A stretch of 64,000 nt of DNA. It comes from a virus. Its lineage: Duplodnaviria; Heunggongvirae; Uroviricota; Caudoviricetes. This document shows positions 8,622-16,695 of the stretch, in pieces (the first letter of the stretch is position 1; every line of letters starts with the position of its first letter). Position numbers and translations under genes: made by a program. The stretch spans positions 1 through 64,000 of the IMG/VR virus record IMGVR_UViG_3300037852_000247, one strand, 5' to 3'. The notes below the pieces were generated by a model. It saw only the letters and a list, made by a program, of their open reading frames with translations. It had not been told where the DNA came from and did not search any database.

Positions 8622-9170
8622 GTGCTAAGCCTTGCTCCATGCTCGCTCGAAGAGGCGAATGCGTTCGTGGCATTGCATCATCGACACCATCACCCGACGC
8701 CAGTAGCCAAATTTTCGATCATGGCCGTCTATGGTGGCCGCGCTGTTGGCGTGGTGATTGTCGGGATGCCGAAGGCGAGAATGGCTATGGATGGCTGGAC
8801 GCTTGAAGTGACGCGGTTAGCCACCGATGGCACTCGCAACGCCTGTTCGTTCCTCCTAGGGGCCGCTCGTCGGGCGGCGTTTGCGATCGGCTACAGTCGA
8901 ATACTTACTTACACGCTGTCGGAAGAGGGCGGCGCTAGCTTGCGCGCAGCAGGATTCCGTGGAGAGGCGACGATCCGAGGCGAATCGTGGATGCGGCGCT
9001 CTGAATACGGCGGACGCTTTAGTGACGACCGGAATCCGATCGGAGACAAGACGCGATGGAGCGCTGGCGTCAAGTGCGAGTTGCGTCCGCCGCGAATTTC
9101 GACTGGTGAACCGTCTCGGCAAGCGTCTTTGCCGCTGGAAGTGTCTAGCGGCATAGTCACAGGTGTCTAA
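8622..9170 (+). CDS. GNAT-like acetyltransferase-fold protein (tentative)
   Basis: LLGAARRAAFAIGYSRILTYTLSEEGGASLRAAGF resembles the GNAT motif A (R-x-x-G-x-A ... LY..GF). The HHRHHHP segment is unusual. Confidence 0.3.
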   Translation: MLSLAPCSLEEANAFVALHHRHHHPTPVAKFSIMAVYGGRAVGVVIVGMPKARMAMDGWTLEVTRLATDGTRNACSFLLGAARRAAFAIGYSRILTYTLSEEGGASLRAAGFRGEATIRGESWMRRSEYGGRFSDDRNPIGDKTRWSAGVKCELRPPRISTGEPSRQASLPLEVSSGIVTGV

Positions 9171-9348
9171 CGCATGATGGCGCGCTATCCTAACCCATTG
9201 AAATCGCGTCCGTACGGACCGGCATTGCGCCGCAGAAAAACGGACCACCAGTCGGCTGCTCCACGTTGTAATTTCAATAGGCCTTATCCGCAAAAGCGTC
9301 TAACGCGCTCTATTGCGACCCGCGGAGTTCTGCCAAGGGGGCGCGGTG

Positions 9349-10239
9349 ATGTCTAGCGCAAAACCGCTCGCGATCGACCTCTATTGCGGCCTTGGTGGTT
9401 GGGCCGAAGGCCTGCTCGCAGAGGGCTTCGATGTCATCGGATTCGATATCGAGCGGCATCGGTACCCAGCGCGCGATCTGTCGGCTTCCGATGGAACGAA
9501 GATCAGGCAGAGTGGAGTAGACTTCAACCATCCGCGGGTCGGGAGCAGCGCGAACCGATCATTCAATTATGCGAACGAGCGTGCGGTCCGCGATGCGCCG
9601 CTGACCGGTGGATGGATCGAGTATCCCGGCCATCTCGTCATACAGGACGTGCGCACGCTGCGCGGCTCTCAGTTCAAGGACGCGGCGCTGATCGTCGCAT
9701 CGCCGCCATGCCAAGCGTACAGCTATCGGGCAATGCCGTGGAAGCGAGCAAAGGCGTTGCCGCCACCTGACAACACGCTTTTCGAGACATGCTTCCGCAT
9801 TCAGCGCGAGGCGTCGGGGGCATCCGGACATCACGTCCCCCTAATTGTCGAGAATGTTCGCGGCGCGCAGCCATTTGTCGGTCGCGCACGGTGGAATTTT
9901 GGATCGTTCTACCTCTGGGGAGACGTGCCAGCTTTGATGCCGATCACATTCAAAGGCCAGAAACTCCCTGGCTTCCGGTTCGACGGCAGCGGTCGATCGT
10001 TTCAATCCGAGTCTGTCACGAGAAAGAACAACGGCGTATGGACAAATCCCGATGAGGATGCTGGCATCAAGCATCAGGAATCTGGCCACGCATGGTATCG
10101 CACAGGGCACGGCCAGCTGCCGTCCTCATCCTCGCGGCGCAAAGCCGCAAGCGCCATGATCGCCAAGATACCGCAACCGCTCAGCCGGCATATTGCAGCG
10201 GTCTTTCGCACACCGCCAGCGGGGCGCGGCGATGCCTAG
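9349..10239 (+). CDS. DNA (cytosine-5)-methyltransferase
   Basis: Motif I LYCGLGGW, motif IV PPCQAYS, ENV motif. The start at 9349 lies inside a copy of the junction motif. The protein C-terminus ends PPAGRGDA like the downstream cassette proteins. Confidence 0.8.
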   Translation: MSSAKPLAIDLYCGLGGWAEGLLAEGFDVIGFDIERHRYPARDLSASDGTKIRQSGVDFNHPRVGSSANRSFNYANERAVRDAPLTGGWIEYPGHLVIQDVRTLRGSQFKDAALIVASPPCQAYSYRAMPWKRAKALPPPDNTLFETCFRIQREASGASGHHVPLIVENVRGAQPFVGRARWNFGSFYLWGDVPALMPITFKGQKLPGFRFDGSGRSFQSESVTRKNNGVWTNPDEDAGIKHQESGHAWYRTGHGQLPSSSSRRKAASAMIAKIPQPLSRHIAAVFRTPPAGRGDA

Positions 10240-10429
10240 AGATTTGACGGATTTCCACTTCCTGCTTACGGGCTGCAATGACGAGCAGGCCGACGGCGAA
10301 ATAGACCTGGAGGAGTTTCAATTGGTCTTTCTTCCCCACCTCAAGCAGATACGGATCAATCTGACAGGCGAGCAGGTTGCGCAACTTCAGAAATGGCCGT
10401 CAGCGATGAGCCGGCGCGGCGAAGCCTAG
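10229..10429 (+). CDS. Cassette protein with EF-hand-like loop
   Basis: MPRDLTDFHFLLTGCNDEQADGEIDLEEF..., where DEQADGEIDLEE fits D-x-x-x-D-G-x-I-x-x-x-E. Ends in a degenerate junction motif (RRGEA). Confidence 0.4.
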   Translation, partial: AMPRDLTDFHFLLTGCNDEQADGEIDLEEFQLVFLPHLKQIRINLTGEQVAQLQKWPSAMSRRGEA

Positions 10430-10450
10430 CGTTTTGCGAAGGATAGGCGG

Positions 10451-10672
10451 ATGAACACACTCTATTGCTCGTTCTGCGGGAAGGCCGAACACGAGGTGTT
10501 CTATATCGTAGAGGCACCGGTGCGACAGGGGATTTGCGACGAGTGCGTGGTGCTGGCCAGCGACATAATCCAAACTCAACGCGCCAAGGTTGCGCGCGGC
10601 GAGCCAGTTCGCCGTCATTACCGCACACTTGCGGAGTTTCGCGCCTCGCCAGCGGGGCGCGGCGATGCCTAG
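10451..10672 (+). CDS. Standalone ClpX-type C4 zinc-finger protein
   Basis: MNTLYCSFCGKAEHEVFYIVEAPVRQGICDECVVLASDIIQ matches the ClpX N-terminal zinc-binding domain (LYCSFCGK...ICDECV). Ends ...SPAGRGDA. Confidence 0.65.
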   Translation: MNTLYCSFCGKAEHEVFYIVEAPVRQGICDECVVLASDIIQTQRAKVARGEPVRRHYRTLAEFRASPAGRGDA

Positions 10673-10841
10673 CGAGCGCGATCACCTTCACTGCAGTGAG
10701 ATGTGCGAACACCCGCAACCATTCTGTGTCGGCGAACTCATTCTGTGCGGGCTTTGTTTTTACTTCCGAGATCGAATCACGCCGATGGTGGAGTGCTCTC
10801 GGGATTATTGCGGTGAGCCAGCGGGGCGCGGCGATGCCTAA
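10665..10841 (+). CDS. Cassette Cys-rich small protein
   Basis: MPSERDHLHCSEMCEHPQPFCVGELILCGLCFYF...CSRDYCGEPAGRGDA, 58 aa. Confidence 0.45.
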   Translation: MPSERDHLHCSEMCEHPQPFCVGELILCGLCFYFRDRITPMVECSRDYCGEPAGRGDA

Positions 10842-11007
10842 AGATCGCTGGGTGATCGAGTTAATTCTGGACGATCCAGAGGAGGCGCGTCTGGCGTATG
10901 ACGCGATCGAAAAGCTGCTTGTTGAGATGGGCGAGATCGGGACGCTTTGGTTCTATCGCCGGACTCGCAACCCGCTCCCACCGCTAGCGGAGCGCGGCGA
11001 TGCCTAA
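10838..11007 (+). CDS. Cassette small protein
   Basis: MPKDRWVIELILDDPEEARLAYDAIEKLL...PLAERGDA. Confidence 0.4.
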
Positions 11008-11266
11008 GCACAAAAGTTACGGCTGCTACGAAAAAACGGCGCGAGTGTTGGTCAAAGAATTTTTGACGGCTCGGTTTCCCGGAGACGCCTCTTGGCGTGA
11101 AATGATGGCCGAAATAAAGGAACGGAAATTGACGCAAATTTCGGTCGACGACGCTCTCCTGACATTATCGGCTAGTAAGGAGGCGGAAATTGTCGATAGC
11201 CAAGCAAAATTCAAACGTGATTGGCGCTGGCGCGCAATACCGCCAGCGGGGCGCGGCGATGCGTAG
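11000..11266 (+). CDS. Cassette small protein
   Basis: MPKHKSYGCYEKTARVLVKEFL...PPAGRGDA, 88 aa. Confidence 0.45.
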   Translation: MPKHKSYGCYEKTARVLVKEFLTARFPGDASWREMMAEIKERKLTQISVDDALLTLSASKEAEIVDSQAKFKRDWRWRAIPPAGRGDA

Positions 11267-11489
11267 CGTTTCACAGGCTACCGGCGTGCCGTGCATCTAT
11301 CCTGCACCTTCTGATCGAGGAAAGCCGTACATCGTGAGGGTTATGATCAACAAGAAACTCTACACGGTAGGGACCTTTGTCACAGTCGAGGACGCCGTTG
11401 TGGCTCTCGCGGAGTTCCGTCTCGCTAATCCTCGACCAGCGATCCGGCGCAGTCCCGTTACTGGAAGATATGAGCGAATCTATGACTGA
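11259..11489 (+). CDS. Cassette AP2-like DNA-binding protein
   Basis: GKPYIVRVMINKKLYTVGTFVTVEDAVVALAEFRLAN resembles an AP2/integrase-type DNA-binding domain. Confidence 0.45.
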   Translation: MRSVSQATGVPCIYPAPSDRGKPYIVRVMINKKLYTVGTFVTVEDAVVALAEFRLANPRPAIRRSPVTGRYERIYD

Positions 11490-11505
11490 CCAGAGGGGCG
11501 CGGCG

Positions 11506-11742
11506 ATGCCTAGCCCACCGGACGGGAAGGAGATCTGGGCACAACCTGAGCCATCAGACGCTATGGTCTGGGCAATTTGCCCCTACATCACTCGCCGCAA
11601 TCTCGAACTTTGCAACCGCTGCCCGAAGTGGGAATGGGACGCTCGTGGTGAATCGGACGTCCAACGCGGCTGCTACGGAATGGCCGCTGAGGCCTGTCGG
11701 ATCGTTTTTGCGATGCAGCGGCGAGAGGTGCACGGTGTGTGA
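11506..11742 (+). CDS. Cassette Cys-containing small protein
   Basis: MPSPPDGKEIWAQPEP...CPYITRRNLELCNRCPKWEW..., 78 aa. Confidence 0.4.
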   Translation: MPSPPDGKEIWAQPEPSDAMVWAICPYITRRNLELCNRCPKWEWDARGESDVQRGCYGMAAEACRIVFAMQRREVHGV

Positions 11743-11759
11743 ACAAGCGGGGCGCGGCG

Positions 11760-12011
11760 ATGCCTAATGCTTTGAAAGAAGCGGATACTCTACTGCCAGA
11801 CGATCTGGCGGACTGGGTCTCAAAACTATCCGAAGTATTGACGCCGCTTGATTGGGCAGAACAAGCCTTAGATTATGCCCAAGTAAAGCATAGCCGACGG
11901 CCCTTCTTACGCCCACACCTAGCGCGGGCTATTACTGAGGCACAAGAGGCCGCCGTGAAAAGGGCATCACGTCCTAAACCGGAACCGCCAGCGGAGCGCG
12001 GCGATGCCTAG
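11760..12011 (+). CDS. Cassette small protein
   Basis: MPNALKEADTLLPDDLADW...PPAERGDA. Confidence 0.45.
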   Translation: MPNALKEADTLLPDDLADWVSKLSEVLTPLDWAEQALDYAQVKHSRRPFLRPHLARAITEAQEAAVKRASRPKPEPPAERGDA

Positions 12012-12189
12012 CGATGCGCTGATCACTGCCGAGGCTACCGAACGCCTTGCGCGTCTGCGCGCCGGGATGGTGGACGAGATTTCGCGGCAACAGAAAATGC
12101 TGAACGCCCTTCGCGCAAGACTATCGGGCGTGGATGCCGTGATTTCGGTAGTGGAGTGTGTACCGCCAGCGGAGCGCGGCGATGCCTAG
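12004..12189 (+). CDS. Cassette small coiled-coil protein
   Basis: MPSDALITAEATERLARLRAG...PPAERGDA. Its 3' 70 bp (12105-12175) are duplicated at 12366-12435. Confidence 0.45.
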   Translation: MPSDALITAEATERLARLRAGMVDEISRQQKMLNALRARLSGVDAVISVVECVPPAERGDA

Positions 12190-12400
12190 CGCAAAACGGC
12201 GGCGACCGCCAATCGTCAAACCGGTGGCCGCTGCATCGAAATATCCCTGCACGCAATGCGGAGGGGATGCTCTTGTTGGCTTTGTCGCGAATAAGCCTGG
12301 AGATTGGTACGGCAAGATCAATGTCGGCGAAAGGCTTTGTACTGGTTGCTTCGTGAGGCTAGCGCCCTTCGCGCAAGACTATTGGGCGTGGATGCCGTGA
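12182..12400 (+). CDS. Cassette Cys-rich zinc-ribbon-like protein
   Basis: MPSAKRRRPPIVKP...YPCTQCGGD...CTGCFVRLAP. Followed by the duplicated 3' fragment of the previous cassette. Confidence 0.4.
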   Translation: MPSAKRRRPPIVKPVAAASKYPCTQCGGDALVGFVANKPGDWYGKINVGERLCTGCFVRLAPFAQDYWAWMP

Positions 12401-12439
12401 TTTCGGTAGTGGAGTGTGTACCGCCAGCGGGGCGCGGCG

Positions 12440-12628
12440 ATGCCTAGCGTAAAAACGCGCGAGCAGGCTCGCATTCGGATGGAGAGATTCTATGCAAAGC
12501 GAGCAATTCACCGTGGCGTGCGCTGCTACGTATGTATGAAGCCCACTCACGGCTATTTCCGCTGTCTGAGTTGCCGCCGAAAGCTCAACTCGCGGCGTAT
12601 GGATAAGAAGGGGCGCGGCGATGGATAG
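12440..12628 (+). CDS. Cassette Cys-rich small protein
   Basis: MPSVKTREQARIRMERFYAKR...CYVCMKPTHGYFRCLSCRRK...KKGRGDG. Confidence 0.4.
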   Translation: MPSVKTREQARIRMERFYAKRAIHRGVRCYVCMKPTHGYFRCLSCRRKLNSRRMDKKGRGDG

Positions 12629-12839
12629 CGATGAGATCAGCTTCGACCCGCCGTTGCCCCTGCCTCTCGACGAGACGGCCGGGCGGCTATTTGATCGGCT
12701 GTGTCGGGCTCACGCAGCCCTGCTTAAAGCCCAAGCTGCGCTCAACCCGTTGTCCGGGTTTTTGCGGAAACGGCCGCCGAAAATGGAGCGCTATCTCGAA
12801 AGCGTGAGGCAAGAAATTCGGGAGGCTATGCGTGACTGA
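12621..12839 (+). CDS. Cassette small protein
   Basis: MDSDEISFDPPLPLPLDETAGRLFDRLCRAHAALLK... Confidence 0.4.
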   Translation: MDSDEISFDPPLPLPLDETAGRLFDRLCRAHAALLKAQAALNPLSGFLRKRPPKMERYLESVRQEIREAMRD

Positions 12840-12877
12840 AACATTGCCTGACCATACGACAGCAGCGGGGCGCGGCG

Positions 12878-13069
12878 ATGGCTAGGTCAGGAATCCACCG
12901 TCATGTCTGGGACGAAGTGTCGTATGGCGCGCAGGGGTGGTTTTTTTGCCCCTACTGCAAGGCGGTGCGCGCGCCTTCCGGGAGGATATTTCATGAGAGC
13001 AAGACCATCCGTGAGATTGACGGCGTAACCATCAATGACAATCCGCTAGCGGGGCGCGGCGATGCCTAG
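12878..13069 (+). CDS. Cassette Cys-containing small protein
   Basis: MARSGIHRHVWDEVSYGAQGWFFCPYCKAVRAP...PLAGRGDA. Confidence 0.4.
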   Translation: MARSGIHRHVWDEVSYGAQGWFFCPYCKAVRAPSGRIFHESKTIREIDGVTINDNPLAGRGDA

Positions 13070-13102
13070 CGATTTAAGCCAATCACACTGAGGGGGAAAG
13101 AA

Positions 13103-13744
13103 ATGCCGAGAGGTGCTGAATTTTCGATCAAGGCCGACTACGCCCAGCTGGTCTCGCCATTCGCGTCAAACGACAAGACGCGGTGGAATCTGAACGGCTT
13201 CTACGTCCAACGGCACCCGTCGGGCGGTGCGGTGATCGTTGCCACCGACGGCCGATCTCTGGCCGTCTTCTACGACCAGTTCGGCGAGGTCAAGGCGCCC
13301 GCCATCGTCCGCCTTCACAAAACCACCCTGGCGGCGTGCGCTGAGGATTGCACGCTGGTGCTGACCGGCGATCGCGCCGGCGTCTACCAGATGTGGAACA
13401 AGGAGACCGGCGAGGGCATCCTCGTTGCGGGACAGGATCAAGCCGTTATCGAGGGCGACTTCCCGGATTGGCGCTTGCTGATCCCACCGGTTCCGGCCGA
13501 GACCGTACCAGCGACATTCGCGTTCACCGAACTGAAGAAGTTCGACAAGGTCAGGCAGTTCGGTTCCAAAATCGCGGCGCTACGTATCTTAGCTGAGTCA
13601 TCAAGTGGGCCCGCCATCGTTCTGACCAAGCGCGACGATTTCCTCGGCGTGATCATGCCAGTCCCCGGCATCGCCGACGAAAACCGGATGCCGCATTGGA
13701 TGCCGCGGCCGAACGTGGGGCCGTCGGCAGCGGCGGCGGAATGA
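13103..13744 (+). CDS. DNA polymerase III beta-clamp-like single-domain protein
   Basis: KTRWNLNGFYVQRHPSGGAVIVATDGRSLAV resembles the DnaN motifs TRYYLNG...ATDGHRLA. GAGGGGGAAAG RBS upstream. Confidence 0.45.
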   Translation: MPRGAEFSIKADYAQLVSPFASNDKTRWNLNGFYVQRHPSGGAVIVATDGRSLAVFYDQFGEVKAPAIVRLHKTTLAACAEDCTLVLTGDRAGVYQMWNKETGEGILVAGQDQAVIEGDFPDWRLLIPPVPAETVPATFAFTELKKFDKVRQFGSKIAALRILAESSSGPAIVLTKRDDFLGVIMPVPGIADENRMPHWMPRPNVGPSAAAAE

Positions 13745-14151
13745 CATTCTACCCCATCACGCCAATGGCCGCACCTAGACTCACGAATCGGGATCGCTGG
13801 AAGAAGCGTCCCGTAGTGCTGGAATATTTCGCGTTCCGTGACGAGGTCGCAGCTAGGCGCGTCTCGCTGCCGATACCATCGAAAATCATCTTCTGGATGC
13901 CAATACCACCGTCCTGGTCCAAGAAGAAACAGCGAGACGCTGATTCCGCTCCTCATGAGCAGACGCCGGATATTGACAACCTCCTAAAGGCTCTCATGGA
14001 GGCAGTCTTCCGCGACAAGGACGCGATCGTCTGGTCTGTGTGGCCCGAGAAGCGATGGAGTAGCAAGCCCGGGATCGAGGTTCTCCCGATCATGACCTCT
14101 TCGCTTACGACCGCCACGCTCGCCGACGTGTGGCCGGGGGTACCGCTATGA
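13741..14151 (+). CDS. rusA: RusA-family Holliday junction resolvase
   Basis: APRLTNRDRWKKRP...PPSWSKKK...PHEQTPDIDNLLKALMEAVF...DAIVW matches RusA family signatures. Confidence 0.7.
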   Translation: MTFYPITPMAAPRLTNRDRWKKRPVVLEYFAFRDEVAARRVSLPIPSKIIFWMPIPPSWSKKKQRDADSAPHEQTPDIDNLLKALMEAVFRDKDAIVWSVWPEKRWSSKPGIEVLPIMTSSLTTATLADVWPGVPL

Positions 14152-14462
14152 GCGTCGTCGACTGGTCTGGGCGTCGCGAGCCGTGGCGCCGCGTCGGCAG
14201 CGAATTTTGCAGGATTCTTCCAGCGCTTGTTCGTGGTGATCCAGTCCCGCAGCCGCATGAAGCCGCTCGGCCTCGAACCCACGCACAGGTCACATGGATC
14301 ATCGAGCGACGAATGGAAATGGGTCTCTCGCAGCGCGAATTAGCGCGACGAGTTGGCTGTTGGCAGGCGGAAATAAGCCGCATCGAGAGAGGTGAGCGCC
14401 AGCCATCGCAAGCCATGCATGAGCGGCTCGCTGCGGTATTGCTGCCGGAGCCGCCGCCGTGA
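14148..14462 (+). CDS. XRE-family HTH regulator
   Basis: GLSQRELARRVGCWQAEISRIERGERQPS. Confidence 0.6.
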   Translation: MSVVDWSGRREPWRRVGSEFCRILPALVRGDPVPQPHEAARPRTHAQVTWIIERRMEMGLSQRELARRVGCWQAEISRIERGERQPSQAMHERLAAVLLPEPPP

Positions 14463-14827
14463 CCGACCTCTTCGACTGGCGCGAAGGAGCCGCCCTCCGC
14501 GATCGCGGCATGGCCCTCGCTGAGGCCGCCCAGGAGCGCAAAGCGCCCGGCTGGAGCGACCGCGCCTACGCCGCAATCGACCACGTCGCGCACGCCCAGC
14601 CTACCGTGCACATCGATCCAGTGCGGCAGGTCTTCCGCGAAGAGCCTCCAACGCACCCGCGCGCATGGGGCGCGGTCTGGACCCGCGCGATCAAGGCCGG
14701 CCTGATCGAGCCGACAGGCATGGTCAGCAAGACGACCGATCCGCGCAAGCACGGCCATCCATGCCCCGTCTACCGGTCTCTTGTCTACAACAGCCCGGCC
14801 CGGGAGGTGGCCGCAACCCAGAGATGA
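14459..14827 (+). CDS. Hypothetical protein
   Basis: 122-aa ORF coupled to the upstream gene. Confidence 0.4.
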   Translation: MTDLFDWREGAALRDRGMALAEAAQERKAPGWSDRAYAAIDHVAHAQPTVHIDPVRQVFREEPPTHPRAWGAVWTRAIKAGLIEPTGMVSKTTDPRKHGHPCPVYRSLVYNSPAREVAATQR

Positions 14828-14990
14828 GCAGCCCCGGCATGGGGGACTGTGCCGGGGCCGCCGACGCGCATCGACCAGCTACCAGTTAGGGGGACGTTAA
14901 CATGATCGCCGGTTCAAACCGCCGATATAATCGAAATTTGTTTCTTTTTCAAGACACTAGCGGCGGCGCGCTCGCGCGGAGGGTGCGGGC

Positions 14991-15809
14991 ATGATGGAAG
15001 AGAGCGATCTTAAAATCCGGCGGGTCGATTGGTATTTCGACGAGTGGCTTGCCGGCACCGCTAGACTCGATGCCGTAGAACGCGGCGTCTATGTGACCAT
15101 CTGCAATCTGATTTACAGTCATGGAGGGCCCATCGAGAGCGAGGGGTTGGCAAGCCTTTGTGGGTGTCATGGGAACAGCTTTCGGAGGGCAATGGACCGA
15201 CTGAAAAAGCTCGGGAAAATCATCGAAAACGGTTCGGAAATCAGCGTTAAACGCTGCGGAAAAGAGATTGAAAAGGCTAGGATTCGCCTCGGAAAAGCCA
15301 AAGAAAACGGTCGGAAAAGCGGTGGTCGCCCTAATAAAATCAATGGTGTAGCAAAACCGCCGGGTTATTGCCAAGAAAAGCTCCCGGGCGCGTCCTTCAA
15401 CCTACAACCACCAACCTATAAAGATTCAGAAGCTAACGCTTCTGCCGCCGCTGACGCGACGGCGGAGACGCGCGACCCGGTCAAAATCTTGTGGAGCAGA
15501 GGCTTGGCGCTCTTGCTCGGTGCGCAATGCACGGGTGCACGAGCGAGACGGACGATCGGCCTTTGGCGGAAGGAATTCGGTGATGCGGCTGCAATGGCCG
15601 CCATCGTTGCTTGTGAGCAGGAAGCAGCGAGTGACCCGGTGTCGTTTATCGCTGGATGTCTTCAAAACTCTCGGAAAGGAGCGAACGGATATGGACGACG
15701 AAATCTTGCGGACGACAGGATGCGAGCTGGTCTCCAGGCCATCATTGATGCCGATCGAGAGGAAGATCTCCTCAGCAGAGAAGGCCTTAATGGCCGCTAC
15801 GACGCGTGA
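14991..15809 (+). CDS. DUF1376 (YdaU-like) replication-associated protein
   Basis: The N-terminal block VDWYFDEWLAGTARLDAVERGVYVTICNLIYSHGGPI is characteristic of the DUF1376 family found next to prophage replication genes. Confidence 0.6.
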   Translation: MMEESDLKIRRVDWYFDEWLAGTARLDAVERGVYVTICNLIYSHGGPIESEGLASLCGCHGNSFRRAMDRLKKLGKIIENGSEISVKRCGKEIEKARIRLGKAKENGRKSGGRPNKINGVAKPPGYCQEKLPGASFNLQPPTYKDSEANASAAADATAETRDPVKILWSRGLALLLGAQCTGARARRTIGLWRKEFGDAAAMAAIVACEQEAASDPVSFIAGCLQNSRKGANGYGRRNLADDRMRAGLQAIIDADREEDLLSREGLNGRYDA

Positions 15810-16281
15810 AATCAGACATGCGCTGGCCCCCATATTGGCGCTGAATCTGGCTAATCCGCCACCCGATTGGGGTTTGGCACAGCCCATTTACGTGGAGATC
15901 CTCAAGGATCTTCCGATTGATCTCATTCAGGCCGCGGTAATGAATCACATTTCCACTTCTGAATGGTTCCCAAAGCCGGCTCAGATCAGAGCGCTCGCAA
16001 TCGAGCGTCTCGATCATCGGCGCGCAGAACTTAGTTACTGGCGAGAGCAAAAAGAGGAAGCGACGCAGCCGACCGCATTGCAGCCGACTGACGAAGACCT
16101 GGAGACCGTGGATGCGCTCATGAGCGCAGAGTTTGGCGATCGACGCAGCGCGGAGCGGCGCGAGAGACCACTGCCGGCGGAAGTGACCGAGGCCGTTAAG
16201 CGGGCGGCGAAAGCGCTGAAAACTTTCCGCTTGCCTGACGAGGATAATCCTGTGGTGCAGGAATGGCTGCGCCAAATGTAA
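15791..16281 (+). CDS. Hypothetical replication-module protein
   Basis: MAATTREIRHALAP... start overlaps the stop of the previous gene. Confidence 0.4.
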
Positions 16282-16288
16282 GCGCCGA

Positions 16289-16504
16289 TTGGCGGAGGAT
16301 TTATGCCAAAAGGGCTACGGCATGAAGGCTACAGGCCCCCTCACCGTCTTCTGCCCGAAGTGTGGCGCGCGCCCGGGCGAGCCCTGCATCAGCACAAACA
16401 TGCCACCCGACTCGTACCATTCGATGCGCCGGGTCGTGGCGCACAACACCGAGAGCGATGACGCCAAGCGGAAACGCATTACGCAGGAGATGCTCAAGCC
16501 GTGA
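16289..16504 (+). CDS. Small zinc-ribbon protein
   Basis: CPKCGARPGEPC. Confidence 0.35.
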   Translation: MAEDLCQKGYGMKATGPLTVFCPKCGARPGEPCISTNMPPDSYHSMRRVVAHNTESDDAKRKRITQEMLKP

Positions 16505-16695
16505 GCCCGCAAGCAAACATAATGGCTAGGCAAGCGATCGACGAAGCGGCAAGCGCCATTCAAAGTCTCGCCCGCGCCTTCACCGATGGCCGCACGCCAA
16601 ATGCCGTGCGCAATGATTTGGAGCGCGCGCGCGAACGGCTGACTGCTGCGATCGAGAACGTGACCATTGCACAGGAGATAATGCTCAAGCTATGA
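16501..16695 (+). CDS. Hypothetical small helical protein
   Basis: 64-aa ORF coupled to its neighbours. Confidence 0.35.
   Translation: MSPQANIMARQAIDEAASAIQSLARAFTDGRTPNAVRNDLERARERLTAAIENVTIAQEIMLKL

Larger units (their letters stand above)
9333..13080 (+). repeat. Array of 15 copies of a ~24-bp gene-junction motif CCAGCGGGGCGCGGCGATGCCTAGCG
   Basis: Copies lie near 9333, 10213, 10404 (degenerate), 10648, 10818, 10984, 11241, 11492, 11745, 11985, 12163, 12421, 12608, 12865 and 13056. Each encodes the ...P(P/L)AGRGDA stop of the upstream gene and the ATG-CCT-AGC (MPS) start of the next in an overlapping ATGCCTAG arrangement. Confidence 0.85.

Noticed and set aside
9333-13080. Possible CRISPR array, given regularly spaced ~24-bp repeats.
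   Set aside because: The 'spacers' are 170-900 bp, variable in length, and each is an intact protein-coding gene. The repeat overlaps stop and start codons. No cas genes are present.
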